From the IMG/VR virus record IMGVR_UViG_3300035135_002245, positions 1 through 54,005 of that record: a stretch of 54,005 nucleotides of DNA. The stretch is one strand, 5' to 3'. The translations under genes and the position numbers were made by a program. The notes below the pieces were generated by a model that did no database searches, was not told where the DNA came from, and was given only the letters and a program-made list of their open reading frames with translations. The DNA is from a virus (lineage: Duplodnaviria > Caudoviricetes). This document shows, piece after piece, positions 36,998 to 47,722 of the stretch. How positions within the stretch are numbered: the stretch's first letter is position 1; each line of letters starts with the position of its first letter.

Positions 36998-38467
36998 CTA
37001 TTCTTCGTTATTATTTTCTACTGAAGTATCTTCAATTTCTTTATGTTCTTCAATGTGACATTCTCTGTGAAGAACAACCATTTTCTTAACATCTAAACCA
37101 CCATGTTTAGCGTACTCTTCGATGTGATGAACATCATCATGAATACCAACATCTTTACCACATCTTCTACATTTGTGGTTAGTATTATCAAGAACATCAA
37201 TTCTTTCACTCCATTTAACATTTCTATCTTTAGTTCTAATTGAAAGACCAAACTCTTCTTCAAACTTGGTGAATCCTTCTTGAGTTGCCCCACCCATTTC
37301 TGAAAGTTTTATATCAAGGTAAAAATTTAAATTATCGATAAGTTCAGAAGTGAACTCGGAGTTCTGTGTCTTTTGTTCAAAATCCCATTTGTTACCTCTA
37401 ATGGTTAAAACCTTACCCATTCTCTTTCTTACTCCTACATACATATCATACACAAACGAATTAAATTTTTCGTAATCTGTAATTAAGATTTCATTCTCAC
37501 TTCTTATGTCATGTAACCAATGAATCAGTAATCTGATTTTACCCCAATTATAAGAACCTTTTCTGTTAACAGGTATGTTCTTTACAAACTTTTCAATAAT
37601 TGTAATATAATTTTTAAATTCAGTACTAACACTATCAGTATAATCTGACATCTTATCTCTCATCTTCTTGTTTATCTTTCCAATAACTCCATTTGATTGG
37701 TAAAGTTGAATATAAAGATTAAGAACTAATTCACTTGGTTTGAATCTCATATTATCGATTCCTAACTTTTCCCAAGTATCTTTCATAGAGGTGTTAATAT
37801 CTCTTAAATAATCAAATAGTTTAGTACCATATGAAAGTAAAATTTCAATGGCCTTCAATGGTGTTTGACCAACATTTAAATTTCTAAACCATCTTCTAAT
37901 ATATCCTTCATCACCTTCAATGAAAACTACATTCAATGTTCTTTTCTGTAAAAGTTGTTGAACCAATACTTCACCATTTGGTTCTTTTTTCAAATCTTCG
38001 TAACTCATTCCACTTGCATCATACCAAGTACCCTCTACAAGACCAGGAATGATTGTACCAGTTGGTAAAACAAACAACCCCTTTATCCAATTACCCATAG
38101 ATGTTAATCGTTGTTGACCATCTACAGCTTCAAAGATTTGTTTTAATCTTTGAATAGCCAAGTACAATGGGTCATGAAGTTCTCCCATCAACATGGCTTT
38201 AACAATTTGTTGTTGTTGTGATATTGTTTTTACAAATAATCTTTGGAATCTTTTAGGAATTGTAATAAATCCCCAAAGTAATGTGAAGTTTTCAAGTGAT
38301 TTACTGAAATCATCTTTATCAGTTCCAAAAAATATATTCCAAAGAGATATTTTCCTATCCTTTGGTTCGTGTGTACTTTCAGGTACAACATTACACCTTT
38401 TATCCCTTCGGATACCATTGACCACTTCGGCCTGTTGTTCTGGTGTTAAACTTAATAATGAATTCAT
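36998..38467 (-). CDS. DUF262-HNH fusion (GmrSD-like nuclease)
   Basis: VDGQQRLT and FRNLN..TPL (DUF262); C-terminal CRRC...DVHHI...GG...VLHRECH (HNH). Confidence 0.8.
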   Translation of the reverse strand: MNSLLSLTPEQQAEVVNGIRRDKRCNVVPESTHEPKDRKISLWNIFFGTDKDDFSKSLENFTLLWGFITIPKRFQRLFVKTISQQQQIVKAMLMGELHDPLYLAIQRLKQIFEAVDGQQRLTSMGNWIKGLFVLPTGTIIPGLVEGTWYDASGMSYEDLKKEPNGEVLVQQLLQKRTLNVVFIEGDEGYIRRWFRNLNVGQTPLKAIEILLSYGTKLFDYLRDINTSMKDTWEKLGIDNMRFKPSELVLNLYIQLYQSNGVIGKINKKMRDKMSDYTDSVSTEFKNYITIIEKFVKNIPVNRKGSYNWGKIRLLIHWLHDIRSENEILITDYEKFNSFVYDMYVGVRKRMGKVLTIRGNKWDFEQKTQNSEFTSELIDNLNFYLDIKLSEMGGATQEGFTKFEEEFGLSIRTKDRNVKWSERIDVLDNTNHKCRRCGKDVGIHDDVHHIEEYAKHGGLDVKKMVVLHRECHIEEHKEIEDTSVENNNEE

Positions 38468-38483
38468 ATTTATTGTTTAAGGT

Positions 38484-38864
38484 TTAATTTTGTTTTATCC
38501 ATACCTTTCCGTCAGCATAATCACATTCGATATCCAACTTTTCGTTTATAAGGTTTAGAATATCTCTAACATAACTCCAAGTGTTCCAAGAGTAGTAACT
38601 ATCAGTAGAAGTAGCATCAAAGTTAATCTCAGAGATTCTTAATCTACCACCAGTATATTCTTTTGAACCACCACCAGTGTAGTATCTAAGACCAGCAGAA
38701 GAAGTGTATTTATATTCACTCCAATCTTGATAGTTATGTTCAATGTTTAATTCAGTAAGTAAATCGGAAACCCATCTTAGTTGTGGCATCGGGCCTTTAC
38801 CAACTGATTTCTTTACTAACTTCTCGTAGTGTTTATAATATTTTAGGTTTTTTAGGTTTTTCAT
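38484..38864 (-). CDS. Hypothetical early protein
   Basis: Start moved to ATG 38864 (MKNLKNLKYY), just downstream of promoter copy 3. Confidence 0.65.
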   Translation of the reverse strand: MKNLKNLKYYKHYEKLVKKSVGKGPMPQLRWVSDLLTELNIEHNYQDWSEYKYTSSAGLRYYTGGGSKEYTGGRLRISEINFDATSTDSYYSWNTWSYVRDILNLINEKLDIECDYADGKVWIKQN

Positions 38865-38882
38865 AATTATCAATCTTACATA

Positions 38883-38915
38883 GCTAATATACGAAAAATA
38901 GCTCAAAGCTCCAAA
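38883..38915 (-). promoter_or_regulatory. Bacteroidota-type promoter, copy 3
   Basis: Minus strand tttggagctttgagctatttttcgtatattagc. Confidence 0.7.
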
Positions 38916-39086
38916 TTATTTTACACTTTTTTTGCAACTTTTTTTATGAAAAAATAACCCCCCACATTTACATTTTACATAGTAAACTGTTGATGCTATT
39001 ATTGGTGAAGATGCCATTGCTGTCCAAACATTAGGATGCCAATGTTCTCCACAAAATCCAAATATATGTTTTATAAATTCTATCAT
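38916..39086 (-). CDS. 56 aa Cys/His-containing hypothetical protein
   Basis: Manual translation MIEFIKHIFGFCGEHWHPNVWTAMASSPIIASTVYYVKCKCGGLFFHKKSCKKSVK*; ATGA overlap with the upstream methyltransferase stop. Confidence 0.6.
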   Translation of the reverse strand: MIEFIKHIFGFCGEHWHPNVWTAMASSPIIASTVYYVKCKCGGLFFHKKSCKKSVK

Positions 39087-40324
39087 TTTTCAAATATCCA
39101 AATTGGTTCTGCGAATGTTTTATCTTTTGTTTCCTCTGATAACTTTAACACTTCTTCAGAGTATTGTTTTTCGTTTGATTCAGTTTGTTTTACAGTTCCT
39201 GCTCCACCACTATTAGGACGTTTTGCCATTTCCATTCCTATTGCACCTCTGTATTTTAATCCTTTATGTATTAAAAAATCACACATAGGATTTGTAATCT
39301 CTTTCCATGTTTTACCACCTTTACCAGCAGTATAAACATCTGATATATTTATTGCAATCAAACCACCTTTCTTAACTGTTGGTATGATTTTATTTAGTGA
39401 TTTATGTAAAAAATATCTATTCCATCCATCTATATCTTTATATCGTATCCAACTCTGAGTATCATCGTGTGAGTATCTTTCAACATTAAAATAAGGTGGT
39501 GATGTAAATACTAAATCGAAATAATCATCGTATTTAGAATAATCAAAATCTTCAGCAGGTGAACAATAGAAATCAGTTTTAGTTGGTGATTCAAAGAAAG
39601 TAGTATGTTTTTCGTAAAAATCTCTTTGTTGTTCATAGATAGGATGATTCTCTTTACGAGGGTCTAAACCTACATAGTGTTCAATAGTTTCTGAAGCAAA
39701 GGCTCCACTTAATCTATCGCCCCAGCCCATACTGAAGTCAAGCATTGTCTTACTACCAAAATACTCAGTTAAACATTTAGTGACGTTGGGCTTGTGTTGA
39801 GATGCGATATATTTACGAAGTGATATCATCAAACGTAATTCTGATTTACCTATCTTATCAAACTTCAATGAATAAGCAGCACCCATCAATGTTTTCATAA
39901 ATGCTGGTGTTTCCCATGTCCTCTTTGGGCCTGGATAACCACTTGAACATATTGACCATCTGTTTGCTTCTTGATGTTTATTACTAGAAAGATTACCTAC
40001 ATTGTATCTTTTGAAATATAAAGGAGTACCATCAAATGTAAGTGGATATTTTGTTTCAGTTGCTTGTCTCATGAACCATTCACCTTCCTTGAGAAGCTCA
40101 TTCCAGCGAATTCCTTTTAATTTTCCATAATCTTTTACAACATCTTCCCACTCCCATTTATCAGTAGCGTAAGGTAATGGCCAAGATGCAGCTACTTCGG
40201 CAAGAGACTCTTTCACCACATCTTGTTCATATTTACCCTTGATTAATTCCCATTCTTCATTCTCAATGAGAAAGTAATCACCTTTGTAATTTTCTCTTTT
40301 ATATTTCTCTAGTTCTTTTATCAT
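39083..40324 (-). CDS. Amino (N4-C/N6-A) DNA methyltransferase-like protein, SPPY type
   Basis: DFSMGWGDR, FTSPPYF and EPIWIF motifs; paralogous to 32082..33710. Confidence 0.82.
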   Translation of the reverse strand: MIKELEKYKRENYKGDYFLIENEEWELIKGKYEQDVVKESLAEVAASWPLPYATDKWEWEDVVKDYGKLKGIRWNELLKEGEWFMRQATETKYPLTFDGTPLYFKRYNVGNLSSNKHQEANRWSICSSGYPGPKRTWETPAFMKTLMGAAYSLKFDKIGKSELRLMISLRKYIASQHKPNVTKCLTEYFGSKTMLDFSMGWGDRLSGAFASETIEHYVGLDPRKENHPIYEQQRDFYEKHTTFFESPTKTDFYCSPAEDFDYSKYDDYFDLVFTSPPYFNVERYSHDDTQSWIRYKDIDGWNRYFLHKSLNKIIPTVKKGGLIAINISDVYTAGKGGKTWKEITNPMCDFLIHKGLKYRGAIGMEMAKRPNSGGAGTVKQTESNEKQYSEEVLKLSEETKDKTFAEPIWIFEK

Positions 40325-41950
<1,626 letters not shown>

Positions 41951-42793
41951 TTAATTTAAATTTAGTGATTTTTTGTACGAACCACCGATGTTCCAAAATA
42001 AAATCTTTCCATCTAGTGACTCTATATTTTCTTCTAACCAATACCACATCTTTTTATCCCAAAATTCGTTACAATCAAATGGAACAGAATAATCTTCCAT
42101 AAAATCATTGAATTCAAATGGGGATTTATAAATGTTAATATTGTTTAAATCTCCTGCTTTGTTTTCATTTAGAATCTTTTTTGTAGATTCTATTGATGAC
42201 ATCGTAATAGTGTGAACTTTTCTTCTGTTATTAAGTAAATCTTTCCAATCTGTATATTGTAAAAATTCTTTTATTAAACCAGAAGCAGTTACCCCACTAC
42301 CGATTGATACAACAAGATGGTCGAAATCTTCTTCTTCCAAAACTTGTTTCATCCTACTCTTCATGTAATCTACATAAGCAGGATGATTAAAAGCATACGG
42401 TAATTGTTGCCAACCATTCTTTTTTGCGATACCACCAAGTTTATTCTCAAGTAGTTTCATCATGTTTGGTTTCATCGGATTTAAAGTTGCACCATTACCT
42501 TTGATTATTTCTAATATCTGAGGTGGATATGTTTTAGAATTTGGATATGATGATATAAATTCAATACCATAATCCTTACACATCCTAGATAATGTCCAAC
42601 CAGTCCAACTTCCATATACTGAAAGATGTGTTAGTGGTTTTGATTTATCAATATAATCAGATTCTATAATCTTTCTTATACCTTCAATCTTTGCCCATCG
42701 AGGATAATTTATACCATCCCCAACTAAATCATCTCGTTTGACATGAACTGTCTTTCCTTTTAGTTTATATTCTTCTATCGGAGTTAGAACCAT
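41951..42793 (-). CDS. PLP-dependent fold-type II enzyme (ACC deaminase / D-cysteine desulfhydrase-like)
   Basis: VHVKRDDL...WAK (PLP lysine region), VVSIGSGVTASGL phosphate loop and ILFWNIGG. Confidence 0.8.
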   Translation of the reverse strand: MVLTPIEEYKLKGKTVHVKRDDLVGDGINYPRWAKIEGIRKIIESDYIDKSKPLTHLSVYGSWTGWTLSRMCKDYGIEFISSYPNSKTYPPQILEIIKGNGATLNPMKPNMMKLLENKLGGIAKKNGWQQLPYAFNHPAYVDYMKSRMKQVLEEEDFDHLVVSIGSGVTASGLIKEFLQYTDWKDLLNNRRKVHTITMSSIESTKKILNENKAGDLNNINIYKSPFEFNDFMEDYSVPFDCNEFWDKKMWYWLEENIESLDGKILFWNIGGSYKKSLNLN

Positions 42794-43710
42794 TCGTGTT
42801 GTACTTCGTTTTTAATTTTATTGTAATGAGATATAAGTTGTTTCTTTTCAACTCCAAAGATTTCACAATGAAGTGTATTTATATCTCCTTTTTCTTTTTT
42901 AGTATGAAAGTTAGATTTGTTTTTTGCATTACCAAATCTCTCAAACTCATCTTTAAATAATACATCAGTTACAAACCACTTTTTCTTTTCTTTCATTTTA
43001 TCATCTTCAAATTTGAAATTAGTTTGTTCATAATTTACATTCTGAAAATGTTTGTAGATACTTTCTGTCTGTAATGGTGTATCTAAAGTAATTCCATATG
43101 AATTAATATATTTTCTAATTGATACATGATTATGTACATTACCATTAAAGTTTTTATCTTCATAACACATTCTACGATGGTCATTATAATGTTTATCAAA
43201 ATCTTCTCTTGTAACAACACCCTTTAACATATCTCTATACTTGATACTAAGTTTGGCGTTTGTTTCATATATAACATCCTCATATAATCCCGCAACTAAA
43301 TGTTTGGTTGAAATATGTTGTAACATATACCAATATGCATAACAACATTGAATATCTATTTTTCTTGATATTCCAATTCTATCGATACCATCTTTTATTA
43401 TTTTAGATGCACTTTCTTTATTTATTTTAGGTATGTTTACAATTTCTAATGGAATACCATATCCTTTTGCAATCTTACGAGAATAGATTAAATCATTTGT
43501 ATCGTAATCTTCTACTTGAAATGTAAGTAACTGAGATGGCTTCTTACCTAATTCCATCAGACCATATAATAACATAGATGAATCTATACCAGCAGAAAAT
43601 GATAATGAATAATCATCTGGTATTTCTGATAATCTATCTAATAAAAGTTCTTTAAAATCCCATGCCCATTTCGGATTGGGGTCAAACTTAAATGATTCGT
43701 GTACTCTCAT
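42784..43710 (-). CDS. PP-loop (N-type ATP pyrophosphatase) protein, asparagine-synthetase C-domain-like, with no glutaminase domain
   Basis: LSFSAGIDSS PP-loop; D...SRKIA..YGIP; GLYED in place of GEGADE; 308 aa. Confidence 0.75.
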   Translation of the reverse strand: MRVHESFKFDPNPKWAWDFKELLLDRLSEIPDDYSLSFSAGIDSSMLLYGLMELGKKPSQLLTFQVEDYDTNDLIYSRKIAKGYGIPLEIVNIPKINKESASKIIKDGIDRIGISRKIDIQCCYAYWYMLQHISTKHLVAGLYEDVIYETNAKLSIKYRDMLKGVVTREDFDKHYNDHRRMCYEDKNFNGNVHNHVSIRKYINSYGITLDTPLQTESIYKHFQNVNYEQTNFKFEDDKMKEKKKWFVTDVLFKDEFERFGNAKNKSNFHTKKEKGDINTLHCEIFGVEKKQLISHYNKIKNEVQHEWF

Positions 43711-44405
43711 TTACCTAATACTTCTAATAACTTGATAGTTTTCTTTTTTTCATTATCCATATCACCGATATGACATGAACAAGCAAGTGTAGTTACTTTC
43801 CCTAATTCTAATCCACTTTGTTCAGCAAGGAAGTGTCCCATCTCTGTTAATGCAGTATAATCTGCGTAACCACTTTTAGATACTCTATTTGAACGAAGTA
43901 CTGATGTTAGGTATAATTTACCATCTCTTGGTTTTAAATCAATCATACACATACAAGGTTGTGAATAGGGATTCCTTGCATCTTTTGTAGGGTCAAAGAT
44001 AATAAGTTCACATCTTTTTACAGCCTGTCCTTTACTTAAAATCTTAATTACATTTTCAACTTGATTGAATTCACCCTTCCAAGATACCATTCTACCCCAA
44101 TAAGATTGATACCAATGGTCTTTAATATATTTGTAATCCAAACCTTCTTCTTCTTCAAAGAATGGATTATCTGATTTCTTTTCTTCTGGTTTAAGGAATG
44201 TAACAGTTTTGGCAAAATCAATTCTATCATCACCCATCACTTCTCTGAAGTGTCCATCAAACCAATCATCTGATTTGAATTCTGTGATTTCAGTTACTAC
44301 ATTGAGTTCTTCTGTTAGATTACCAACCTTAACACCATGTTCTAATAAATGTTTTGATACTTTCACCCAGGCATCTCCTGGCGATGTTGCCTCTATAACT
44401 GTCAT
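43707..44405 (-). CDS. Thymidylate synthase / dCMP hydroxymethylase superfamily protein (atypical)
   Basis: NQVENVI..L, R...IIFDP..D, catalytic PC, GKL.LT..LRSN and SCHI. Start set at ATG 44405 (ATGA overlap). Confidence 0.8.
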   Translation of the reverse strand: MTVIEATSPGDAWVKVSKHLLEHGVKVGNLTEELNVVTEITEFKSDDWFDGHFREVMGDDRIDFAKTVTFLKPEEKKSDNPFFEEEEGLDYKYIKDHWYQSYWGRMVSWKGEFNQVENVIKILSKGQAVKRCELIIFDPTKDARNPYSQPCMCMIDLKPRDGKLYLTSVLRSNRVSKSGYADYTALTEMGHFLAEQSGLELGKVTTLACSCHIGDMDNEKKKTIKLLEVLGK

Positions 44406-44602
44406 ATATGTGTCCAAGTTTTTCGTTTAACAATTTCTTCTACGTTCCAAGTAGATACTTTGAAATTACGAGCTATGATATTAGTAGAGAAACCCTTAGA
44501 ATAGAGTTCTCTTATTTGTCTCACTTGTTGAGATGTGAGTTTTGCTCTTGGATGAGATTCACCTCGTAACCTATTAGAGAAAAACCATAAGCTTTTCACC
44601 AT
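44402..44602 (-). CDS. Stand-alone HTH protein resembling the C-terminal DNA-binding tail of HNH homing endonucleases
   Basis: RGESHPRAKLTSQQVRQIR...IARNFKVS...IVKRKTW; no HNH core. Confidence 0.7.
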   Translation of the reverse strand: MVKSLWFFSNRLRGESHPRAKLTSQQVRQIRELYSKGFSTNIIARNFKVSTWNVEEIVKRKTWTHI

Positions 44603-44618
44603 ACTTTTTAAAATTTAA

Positions 44619-44651
44619 GCTAATATAAGAAAAATATTTGAGAAATCCAAA
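44619..44651 (-). promoter_or_regulatory. Bacteroidota-type promoter, copy 4
   Basis: Minus strand tttggatttctcaaatatttttcttatattagc. Confidence 0.7.
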
Positions 44652-44658
44652 TAAAATC

Positions 44659-44919
44659 TTATAAATTTTCATTAATTGTGTTTGTGTATGCAAGTTCTGA
44701 TTGTACTCCTACAAATCTTTGTACTTCTTCACCATTCTTTTCAATGATTACTGTTGGTACTGAACGAACATAATACTTTTGAGCTGTTTCAAAATCTGTA
44801 TCGATGTTTACATTTTCAAAAGATACTTGTGAGAATTTACTTTTTACATTCTCCATTACTGGTGTAAGAACCTTACATGGTCCACACCAATCTGCATAGA
44901 ATTTTTTAACTGTTACCAT
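44659..44919 (-). CDS. trxA: Thioredoxin
   Basis: FYADWCGPCK and VRSVPT motifs; next to nrdA. Confidence 0.93.
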   Translation of the reverse strand: MVTVKKFYADWCGPCKVLTPVMENVKSKFSQVSFENVNIDTDFETAQKYYVRSVPTVIIEKNGEEVQRFVGVQSELAYTNTINENL

Positions 44920-44938
44920 TTTTTTCTCCTAATTAATT

Positions 44939-46720
44939 TTAACCATCACATGCAACACAATCGGGGTCAACTGCCCTAGTGGCAATATCACCTCTAAGAA
45001 CTGATTCAGTTCTCATATAGTACAATGTTTTAATACCTTGTTTCCAAGCTTCCATTGTTACTTGATTAATCCACTTCGGTGTTGCAATCGAAGGGAATGC
45101 TAAATTTAATGAAACTGATTGGTCAATATACTGTTGTCTAACTCCAGCTTGTTTTACCAAATCCATTTGATTAATTTCTTTGAATGTTCTGAACACATCC
45201 TTGACAGGGTAGATTTTATCTCTATCACCATTTTTTATTTCTGAACAAAGAACCATCTTACCATCTAGGTAACACCACTTATCTAATTCTTTGATTCCTT
45301 GAATTGAACCACCATCTTCCATAATTTTATCCCAAGTATCTTTATTATTAATTCCTGCCTTTCTCAATACTTTAATTAACTCACCATTTTTTCTAATGAA
45401 AGTTCCTTTGGAAGTTTGTTCTGTAAATATATTTGCAGCCCATGGTTCAATACCTGGTGATACATGACCTGCTAACTTTGAGTTTGATACTGTTGGTGCA
45501 ACTGCTCTAAGGTGTGTATTTCTAAATCCACTTTCTTTACACCATAGTGGTTCACCATATTCTGATGCTAAATCTCTACTTGCTCTTTCTGATTCGATTT
45601 TCATTTGTGAGAAAATCTTACGAGTTTCAAATTGTGCATCCATTCCTTCAAATGGAATACCTCTTTGTTGTAAGTATGTGTGCCATCCTAATACTCCTAA
45701 TCCTAATGCTCTACCTTTTTCAGCAGATGCAACAGAATGTTCGAATCCTTTCATGTTTTTGGCCTTTTGAATAAATTCAGAAAGTACACCATCTAAAAAC
45801 CAAGTTGCAGTATAAATTAAATCTGTACTTTTCCATTCATCATACTTTGCTAAATTGATTGAAGATAAACAACAAACGAATGAATGATTCTCATCTGTAT
45901 GTAATGTGATTTCAGAACAAATATTTGTCATGAATACTTTTAATCCATTTTTCTTATACATCTCTGGATTATTCTTGTTCACATTACCTTTAAACATAAT
46001 ATAAGGTTCACCAGTTGCTTTTCTTTTCTGAAGTAGTTTACCCCATCTTCTTCTTGCAGTTTCGTTTCCATCTTGGAGTTTTCTCATAAACTTATCACCA
46101 ACAATTGCACATTGATGTAAGTTAAGTGATTGTCTGTTTACATCACCTTTTGGTTCTCTAATTTCCAACCACTCTTCAAAATCATCGTGTTCAATGTTAA
46201 GGTTAACTGAAGCAGCACCTCTTCTTACTGAACCTTGATTTGTAGCAAGGATTGTAGAATCGTATATTTTTGTAAATGGTACAACACCATCAGATGTTCC
46301 ATTACCTGCAATTATAGAACCTGCTGGTCTAATCTGATTGATACCAATACCAACTCCACCGCCATGTTTTGCAAGTAACATTAGTTCTAAGTTTTTAGAA
46401 CCAATATCATAAATGGAATCGGCAACATCAATACCAAAACAAGAAATAGGTAATCCTCTATCAGTACCAGTATTTGAAAGGACTGGTGTTGCAAGATTTA
46501 ACCAACCTTTCCAAATGTAATCAAAAAACTTCGTTGCCATTTGTGGTTTACCCAATCTTTGTGCAACTCTTGTTGCAACTCTCCAATAGGCATCTTTTGG
46601 TTTCTCACCAGGTAATAGATATCCTTTAGATATTGTTTTTACATATATCTCTGTATTACCCCATGAAGGAAAATCAACATCGATTTCCCAACCTAAATCT
46701 TCTCCGTAGTTTTTTGCCAT
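44939..46720 (-). CDS. nrdA: Ribonucleotide reductase class Ia alpha subunit (short form, no ATP cone)
   Basis: ATPVLSN, PISCF, GGGVG, TNICSEI, APTVS, IDQSVSLN, KTLYY and terminal CVAC. Confidence 0.95.
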   Translation of the reverse strand: MAKNYGEDLGWEIDVDFPSWGNTEIYVKTISKGYLLPGEKPKDAYWRVATRVAQRLGKPQMATKFFDYIWKGWLNLATPVLSNTGTDRGLPISCFGIDVADSIYDIGSKNLELMLLAKHGGGVGIGINQIRPAGSIIAGNGTSDGVVPFTKIYDSTILATNQGSVRRGAASVNLNIEHDDFEEWLEIREPKGDVNRQSLNLHQCAIVGDKFMRKLQDGNETARRRWGKLLQKRKATGEPYIMFKGNVNKNNPEMYKKNGLKVFMTNICSEITLHTDENHSFVCCLSSINLAKYDEWKSTDLIYTATWFLDGVLSEFIQKAKNMKGFEHSVASAEKGRALGLGVLGWHTYLQQRGIPFEGMDAQFETRKIFSQMKIESERASRDLASEYGEPLWCKESGFRNTHLRAVAPTVSNSKLAGHVSPGIEPWAANIFTEQTSKGTFIRKNGELIKVLRKAGINNKDTWDKIMEDGGSIQGIKELDKWCYLDGKMVLCSEIKNGDRDKIYPVKDVFRTFKEINQMDLVKQAGVRQQYIDQSVSLNLAFPSIATPKWINQVTMEAWKQGIKTLYYMRTESVLRGDIATRAVDPDCVACDG

Positions 46721-46721
46721 T

Positions 46722-47141
46722 TTATATTAATTTTATTTGTGAAGAGTTTCCATAATTACCGAAAATTTCTTCGTTTATTTTTATATCTTTTATTGCTATA
46801 CCTGTTTTACTATCAATACTTCCTTCTTCAAATTGTGTATTTAATAAACACAATGGGTCTGAAAATAAAAAATTACAATCCTTCGTTAATTTGAAATTAA
46901 TTTCAGAATTATCGTTAACTATATTATTCCCATAAGAACGAAGTACATATGATAATACTTCTTTAGGTAACTGTTTGGCTTCACCAAACTTTATTTTGTA
47001 CCAACCAGTTTCTCCTTTCCATGTTGGAAAAACTTGTTCTCCTTTTTTTATATCAACCAAAGCAAATAATCCAACTCCATGAACACTGCTTGTTCTTTGA
47101 TAACTTTTAACTGAAGTATTTAAATAATCAAATGGGTTCAT
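46722..47141 (-). CDS. SET-domain protein
   Basis: SSVHGVGLFALVDIKKGE and AIKDIKINEEIFGNYG; the NHS motif is degenerate (LLNTQ). Confidence 0.8.
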   Translation of the reverse strand: MNPFDYLNTSVKSYQRTSSVHGVGLFALVDIKKGEQVFPTWKGETGWYKIKFGEAKQLPKEVLSYVLRSYGNNIVNDNSEINFKLTKDCNFLFSDPLCLLNTQFEEGSIDSKTGIAIKDIKINEEIFGNYGNSSQIKLI

Positions 47142-47718
47142 GTATTACATTTTTTTGAAATACACCATCTATAAAATAACTCCAATTACAATTATGTGTT
47201 TGTTCAATTACTTTTGGATAGTGTTCTCTATGAGGAGAATCTATCTTGAATTGAAAAGAATGTAAATCACTAGTATCTCTTAATACGAAATAACTAAAAA
47301 TTGATAATACACAATTTTCATTTGAGATTAGTTTTGCGTAATCTTCAAATTTAGAATAGTTAGGGTCATCATAAGTATCTAAAAAAATACCATCAAACTT
47401 AACATCTAACGTTGGGATTACATCTATCCAATCTCCAAAATATAAATGAACATTATCTTTACCTTCAGCCCATTTCTGTGCTTCGTTAAAGATTTGTGGA
47501 TTTGTTTCTATACAATGATAATTACCAACCTTGTTATAGATTGCATCAGCACTATATCCTAATCCAAATCCAACATCTAATACTTTTCCACCATTTTGTG
47601 TAACAATATTAGAGTAAAATTCCATCAATTGTTTGGACACTACATCCATAACAATTTTAGAATCATCATCTGAATACGATATCCTCGTATCTGTTATTGT
47701 AACCTTTTTGTTTTTCAA
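47128..47718 (-). CDS. Class I methyltransferase, RMT2/guanidinoacetate-methyltransferase-like
   Basis: GGKVLDVGFGLGYSA, HCIETNP, GDWIDV and FDGIFLDTY. Start tentatively set at TTG 47718, just after the nrdB stop. Confidence 0.75.
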   Translation of the reverse strand: MKNKKVTITDTRISYSDDDSKIVMDVVSKQLMEFYSNIVTQNGGKVLDVGFGLGYSADAIYNKVGNYHCIETNPQIFNEAQKWAEGKDNVHLYFGDWIDVIPTLDVKFDGIFLDTYDDPNYSKFEDYAKLISNENCVLSIFSYFVLRDTSDLHSFQFKIDSPHREHYPKVIEQTHNCNWSYFIDGVFQKNVIHEPI

Positions 47719-47722
47719 ATTT

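Noticed and set aside
42784-43710. QueC / 7-deazaguanine modification pathway
   Set aside because: The PP-loop protein lacks the C-terminal QueC zinc-binding Cys cluster, and no folE, queD, queE or dpdA-like genes are recognisable in the window.
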